Assembly (NCBI GenBank): GCA_003344405.1
Contig: NOWV01000179.1
Location: forward strand, 1 to 64,000
Length of the DNA stretch: 64,000 nt
Reading direction: 5' to 3'
DNA from: Trichoplax sp. H2
Lineage: Eukaryota
How positions within the stretch are numbered: the stretch's first letter is position 1; the number at the start of each line of letters is the position of its first letter. The notes under the pieces were generated by a model. That model was not told where the DNA came from and did no database searches. It saw only the letters and a list, made by a program, of their open reading frames with translations. Shown here in pieces: positions 58,679-64,000 of the stretch. Made by a program: the position numbers and the translations under genes.

Positions 58679-61600
58679 ATGGAAGGCTACGGTAGAGATT
58701 ATGCAAAAAACTCCAATATTCCAGTTGAGCATTTAGATTATTCTTATATCAAAAATTGCAACAATGCTAAAGAGCTGGAAAAGATTATAAAAGTCCTACG
58801 GTAAATGCATGATGGTTTCACTTTGGATATTGCGCTTTCGTCATTGCTTGACCATAATTTGATGATTCGATATTATACATTCATGATGTCTCTCTCAACT
58901 ACATAGATCGGGAGATGAAGGTTTATATCCAGATTTAATTGAATTTGCTGAAAAGAAACTAGAAACCGTTAATCCTAAAAGGTCTGAAAGATTACAAAAA
59001 TCATGTAGTTCAGCTCCACCGCAGTTGCTATGGTTACATGAAAGAAAGTTAAGCAACTAGCGGTTGGATAAAGTTATTAACTATCGCCAATTTTCCATCT
59101 TAATCTCATTTTATTCCATTTTCTTCTTGTGTTATTGATTAAAAATGCTTCAATAATGGTTATAGCTGAGCTAATTGCAGATATTTTTGTTTTTTCTTGC
59201 CTTAAATTGGTAATATTTTCAATGTAGTAAAATGCTATGGAAAGAGAAACCTGCTGTTAAAACGTCTCAACTAGAGAAGAATCAACGTGATACACTCATT
59301 CAAGATATGGAAGAATGGATGACTTCAATAGCAGCAACAGATGATCACTTAAAATCCAAGTCTATGTCAAAGGAAGCGTTTGATGATGTACCCGCAGTAA
59401 GAAGCTCTGGTGATCGCTCAAACATTGATTTGGTTGGTTGATACTAGTAAATAAAATAAAATAAATAAATGATAGCGAAAAGGTCAAGATGCTGTGTGAT
59501 CAGATTTGCTTAGCCATACAGTACTTGACCTAAAGGCATCATTTTCTCTCTAGTAACTAATCCCATGTAAATTACTTTAAACATTAGTCAAATAAGAAGG
59601 ATGCAGATGCCAGTCTTAAGAAAAGTGATAACAATGCCGGGAAACCTCCTGCACCAAGGAGTTATTCTGAATGGGATAAGTAAGCGTCATGTAAAATGGG
59701 AGTTAATTATATCGTGTTAAATAGCCAAATTTATTAAATATAATCTAATTCAATATAGAATAAATATTGATGAGGAGTTGGCTAAGGTCGGTAACGATAA
59801 TAAGGACACAAAATCGGTGAGAAAGCCTACAGGTAGTAAAAACGAACTGAAAGAATTACAGCAACAAGTAAACAAAGAAGGCGAGTTACGGAAATTATCA
59901 TACTTATAATTATAGAATTATTTAAGCTTTTAACATATCGAATTTCTAAATCCATGTATTGTGCCTTCTTTTATACTTAAATTTTATGCAGGATTAGATG
60001 ATAATGAGCTGATAATGAAGGCCAATAGGGAAAAGGATAAAGGAAATGAAGTACGTACATACAGTAACTTAGGCATATTAACGTGATATTATCCAGCAGT
60101 ATGATATATCCGGTATACTTATTTCTATTCAGGTTTCAATGTATGTTTTATAGATTAATTCTTATGTACATATCTTAATATTACAGGCTTTTAAAGCAGG
60201 AGATTATAATGAAGCTATCGTATATTATGATAGGAGTATATCTCTTATTCCAACTGCTGCTGCTTATAATAATCGAGCATTGGCAGGTCAGCCTCGCTGT
60301 TTAGACATATTAGAAATTTAAAAGTTCTTAAATTGTGATTTCTTGACTTTTCTATGTAGCATTGCGAATGAAGGACTATGTTAAAACAATTGAAGATTGT
60401 ACGAAGGTAATAGAGATGGAGCCACGTAACTCTAAGGGTAGGTGATTCAATCGAAAATATAAATCAGTGCTATTATATACTTTAATTAATTTTCATTATA
60501 TTCCTTACGGATAGCGTATTTGCGTCGAGGTATTGCAAAGAAGGAAAGGAAAGAACTGAAAAGTGCAAAACTAGACTTTGAAACTGTTCTAACATTTGAT
60601 CCCGAAAATAAAAAAGCTATGGTATGCGAACTATAGTAAATATACTAAATTATTAACTGCTATTAGCTGTTGTACTCGTATTATAATCACCGTTAGTTTA
60701 GTAGGTACTATATTTATTGATAACATACTGTAATACTGAGTTAACGCGCATTAACGGAAAGTCTAATTTATTATAGGAACTACTAAAAGACTTAAAAGAT
60801 GAAAGTTCTAAGGAACAATCCAATACTGAAAATGAAGCCGATATTAATTCTAAGCCTAAAGAAAAAAAAAAGGGTCGCCGTATGGTAATAACAGAAGTCA
60901 ATGAAGATACAGAATACTCTGACACAATTAACTTACGAAATGAGGAAAAATCACAAACTGATGATGTCAAATCTAGTATTCAATCAGCTGGTGATTCACT
61001 AACAAATCATACCACAGACGATAAACAGGAATCTGATTCACCTATAATTATAAACGAAAATGCGATCCCCCCTAAATCAGAGGTTATTGACGAAGGGATT
61101 ACATCTACTATAACAAAAATCACTAGCGAGAGTACGGAACTAAGTGCTATGGAAAATGATAAATCTCAGGATCCCATTATCACACCAGAGCCTAATTACA
61201 CGCCCACAGTGGCAGTTCAGCCAGAACCAGAAATACCAGAGGGAATTCTTACTATTAAAGACGAGGGAAATTTACTCTATAAAAACGGCCAATACGGAGA
61301 GGCATTGAAAAAGTACTCTCTAGCAATTGATTTACTTAAAAAAGGTTAGCAAGATCAATGTTATACTATTTAAAATATGTGTTATTAAATATAAAATTGT
61401 ATCATAACGATTGAATGAAATCTTTATCTAGAAACAAGGGTAAATCAAACTGCACTAGCATCGTTATTGAACAATAGAGCTGCGTGCCACCATCGTATTG
61501 GAGACTGTCGAAATTGTATTATTGACTGTTCGGAATCTCTCGATATTATACCGAATGCAATTAAGCCATTGATGAGAAGAGCAGCTTCTTACGAAATCCT

Positions 61601-63899
61601 TGAAAAGTAGTAAAAATGATTATAAAGCGTATTTATGCCTTAAACTATTTTTTACAATATGATCTTATCATATATTGAATATAGATATCGTAAGGCATTT
61701 CTGGACTATAGATCCGTAAATGTAATTGATAGGAGCAACAAAAATGCTTCAGATGGTATTTCAAGGTTAGCTGTCACAAAAATAATAATCTATTTTTCAA
61801 TTGAGCAAATTTATGAATTGCCCGATGACTAGTATTTCTTGACTTTATTTTAGAGTGTCACGTGCGTTACGTAACATCGATGGGCCTAAATGGCGTGATA
61901 TAATTGACGGTAATATTTCCTCCAGTGTTGAAGAAAACACAGGCAAAGCCAAAATTACCAATAATGAGATTCCTTCACCTAAATCCGATTCAAATTACAC
62001 AGAGGAATATTATATTCAAATGAAAGAAAAAGGAAATTCCTACGTAAAAAAGGTTGTGAAATAGTACGGATTGGGTTCTAACTACTTCTTTATATAATGC
62101 ACAGCATATTTTATTTAAGCATAATAATGGTACTTTAGTTACATTGGCATCTGTCAATAACTGGGATCTTTATATGTTAGGGAAATTATGAGGAGGCTAT
62201 TAAGTCATATACACAATGTATATTAGTACGTCCAAATGAGGTGGCACCTTATACAAATAGAGCTCTTTGCTATCTAAAAACGAGCCAAGCCGCTCTGGCT
62301 GAAGCGGATACTGAAACGGCTTTAAAGGTCGATCCTTCGAATGTAAAAGCATTATTCAGACGAGCTTTATCGAGAATTGTACGTATGGGTAATCTAAACC
62401 GCTCGTGATACTTACGAGTATATGAGTACTTATCGCAAGTTTCTTTGTACTGATGATGTATTGCTAGATCTGCTGATAAATATCACTCCGTATACAATAT
62501 AATTTAATATACACGTATGCTTACAAATTTTAAAGGCTTTGGAAAATTATAAAGAGGGAATTCGCGACTTAAATTTGTTATTAAAGATTGAACCATCGAA
62601 TGTAGCTGCTAGGAAAGAGCTAGACAAGGCGAAGCAGAAATGGCTGAAGGTAACTCATTTTAAGTGAATTGTTCACTTTTCGCTTCTGACGTAGGTAGAG
62701 TACTAGAAAGTTTCTATACCTTAAAATCGCCCAACTTAGGAAATGCATAATTCAAGTCAAAATGAAAATTCTACCTCTAATAAAAAAACAACGGAAAATA
62801 TATCTACAAAAAATAAAGAAACTACAGATAAAGTAAGCAATAAGCAACAGAACATACCACGAAAACGAATGCAAATAGAAGAAATAAATGAAGATGAAGT
62901 AAGTTTAAACGCACTAGTATTCTCAATTTTTATGTCATCCTGCTGTAAGTAGTCCTTGCCCGCTTGATATGATACTGTCAATAATGCCATTTATTAGGAT
63001 GAGGTGGTTCCTACGGAAGTTTTAAGCGAGCCGACGAAATTTGACACACACCGATTTAAGAATTCTGCGAAAGATCGTACGAAGGATAAAGATTATAAAA
63101 ATCAGAGTTTCAAATCTAATCAGCAAGTTCCAACCCATCAAGAAAAGCACGAATTAAGATCGGTATTAGACGCATTTCTAGTTCTTGAAACTGTCTGCGT
63201 GCAACATTTATACAATTTAATTAAATTTTTTTTTTGTTTGCACATTTTACTTTTAAACATCCTATGTAATACCTAATTCAAACAAAAATTTCTTATAGGG
63301 CAATCCATATGAATTCCTCAAGGCATGGGAGACAGTTCGCAAGACAACGAATTCAACAGTTGATTACGCTAGATTGCTTAGGCAGATATCCCCTAGCTCT
63401 CTTGTTAAGGGTAATTAATCTACTTAATGATAAAATGCATCAATAATCTCATTTAATCTAAGATGAAGTTAACAGGGGGAATTTCATTTGTAGTTATTAG
63501 CAACGGTCTTGAAGCAGATACACTTGTGTCAATCATAAAAACTTTATTAGAACAATTTAAAGATAGTAACGGTAAGTACTCGGAAAATATACTTAATGAA
63601 AGTTTTTAGTTTCTAACACATAATTTATCCTTTGCATAAGATGATATCTTAACTTCGTACGAAATTCTGAAGTACCTCTCGAAAGTTCCAAGATTCGAAA
63701 TGTCACTACTTTTTCTCAGTGCCTCTGAGAAGCTAAGTAAGTTAACCAGAATTTCGTAAACAACTTTAGAGTTTAACTAACACAGTGTAATCCAACACTT
63801 TCAGATATTAAGCAAGCCTTTAATAACATAGTAATGGCTAATCACCCTAAAGTAAAGACCGAAGACCTGACTGCTCTACGGGCCTTATACAAAGTATAA
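58679..63899 (+). CDS. SPAG1: Sperm-associated antigen 1 (TPR co-chaperone, dynein assembly factor), about 21 exons
   Basis: N-terminus IPVEHLDYSYIKNC..ELEKIIKVLRSGDEGLYPDL is SPAG1-specific. Three TPR clusters (REKDKGNEAFKAGDY; KDEGNLLYKNGQY; KEKGNSYVKKGNY) and a C-terminal RPAP3_C-like domain (NPYEFLKAW...LSKVPRFEMSLLFLS). Stop TAA at 63897-63899. Confidence 0.95.
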
Positions 63900-64000
63900 T
63901 TTTTCTTTTATAGAACATAATAATTTAAGAGGTATATTTGATATCATATATCATATATGTGATATACATTATAACTTAATCTGTATAAAGAGCACTCCAT

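Overview
AT-rich, intron-rich animal genomic DNA with short introns and 20-N scaffold gaps. It looks like a compact early-branching metazoan such as a placozoan, but that is inference only. Genes reconstructed by hand: the first exon of a rhodopsin-class GPCR (-), TRAPPC9 (-), a tandem cluster of three AIG1/ADTRP-family (FAR-17a/AIG1) Thr/His transmembrane lipid hydrolases (+), a secreted protein with about 18 Kazal domains (-), BLOC1S5/Muted (-, absent from the ORF track), ADAT2 (+, absent from the ORF track), intronless SCOC (-) and SPAG1 (+). The main finding is the first AIG1-family locus. It has three divergent 147-nt first exons, each with its own ATG, catalytic Thr and phase-0 donor, upstream of one shared set of five constant exons carrying the catalytic His. 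This is a variable/constant layout like UGT1A or the clustered protocadherins. Also notable: two U12-type introns (the ADAT2 one has no usable AG and appears to be GT-AT or GT-AC), a probable GC-AG intron in SPAG1, an LTR with a tRNA-iMet primer-binding site, an apparently heterozygous LTR-like insertion, and gene linkage matching the human 6p24/6q24 paralogous regions. All homology calls come from my recall of family motifs; no searches were run.
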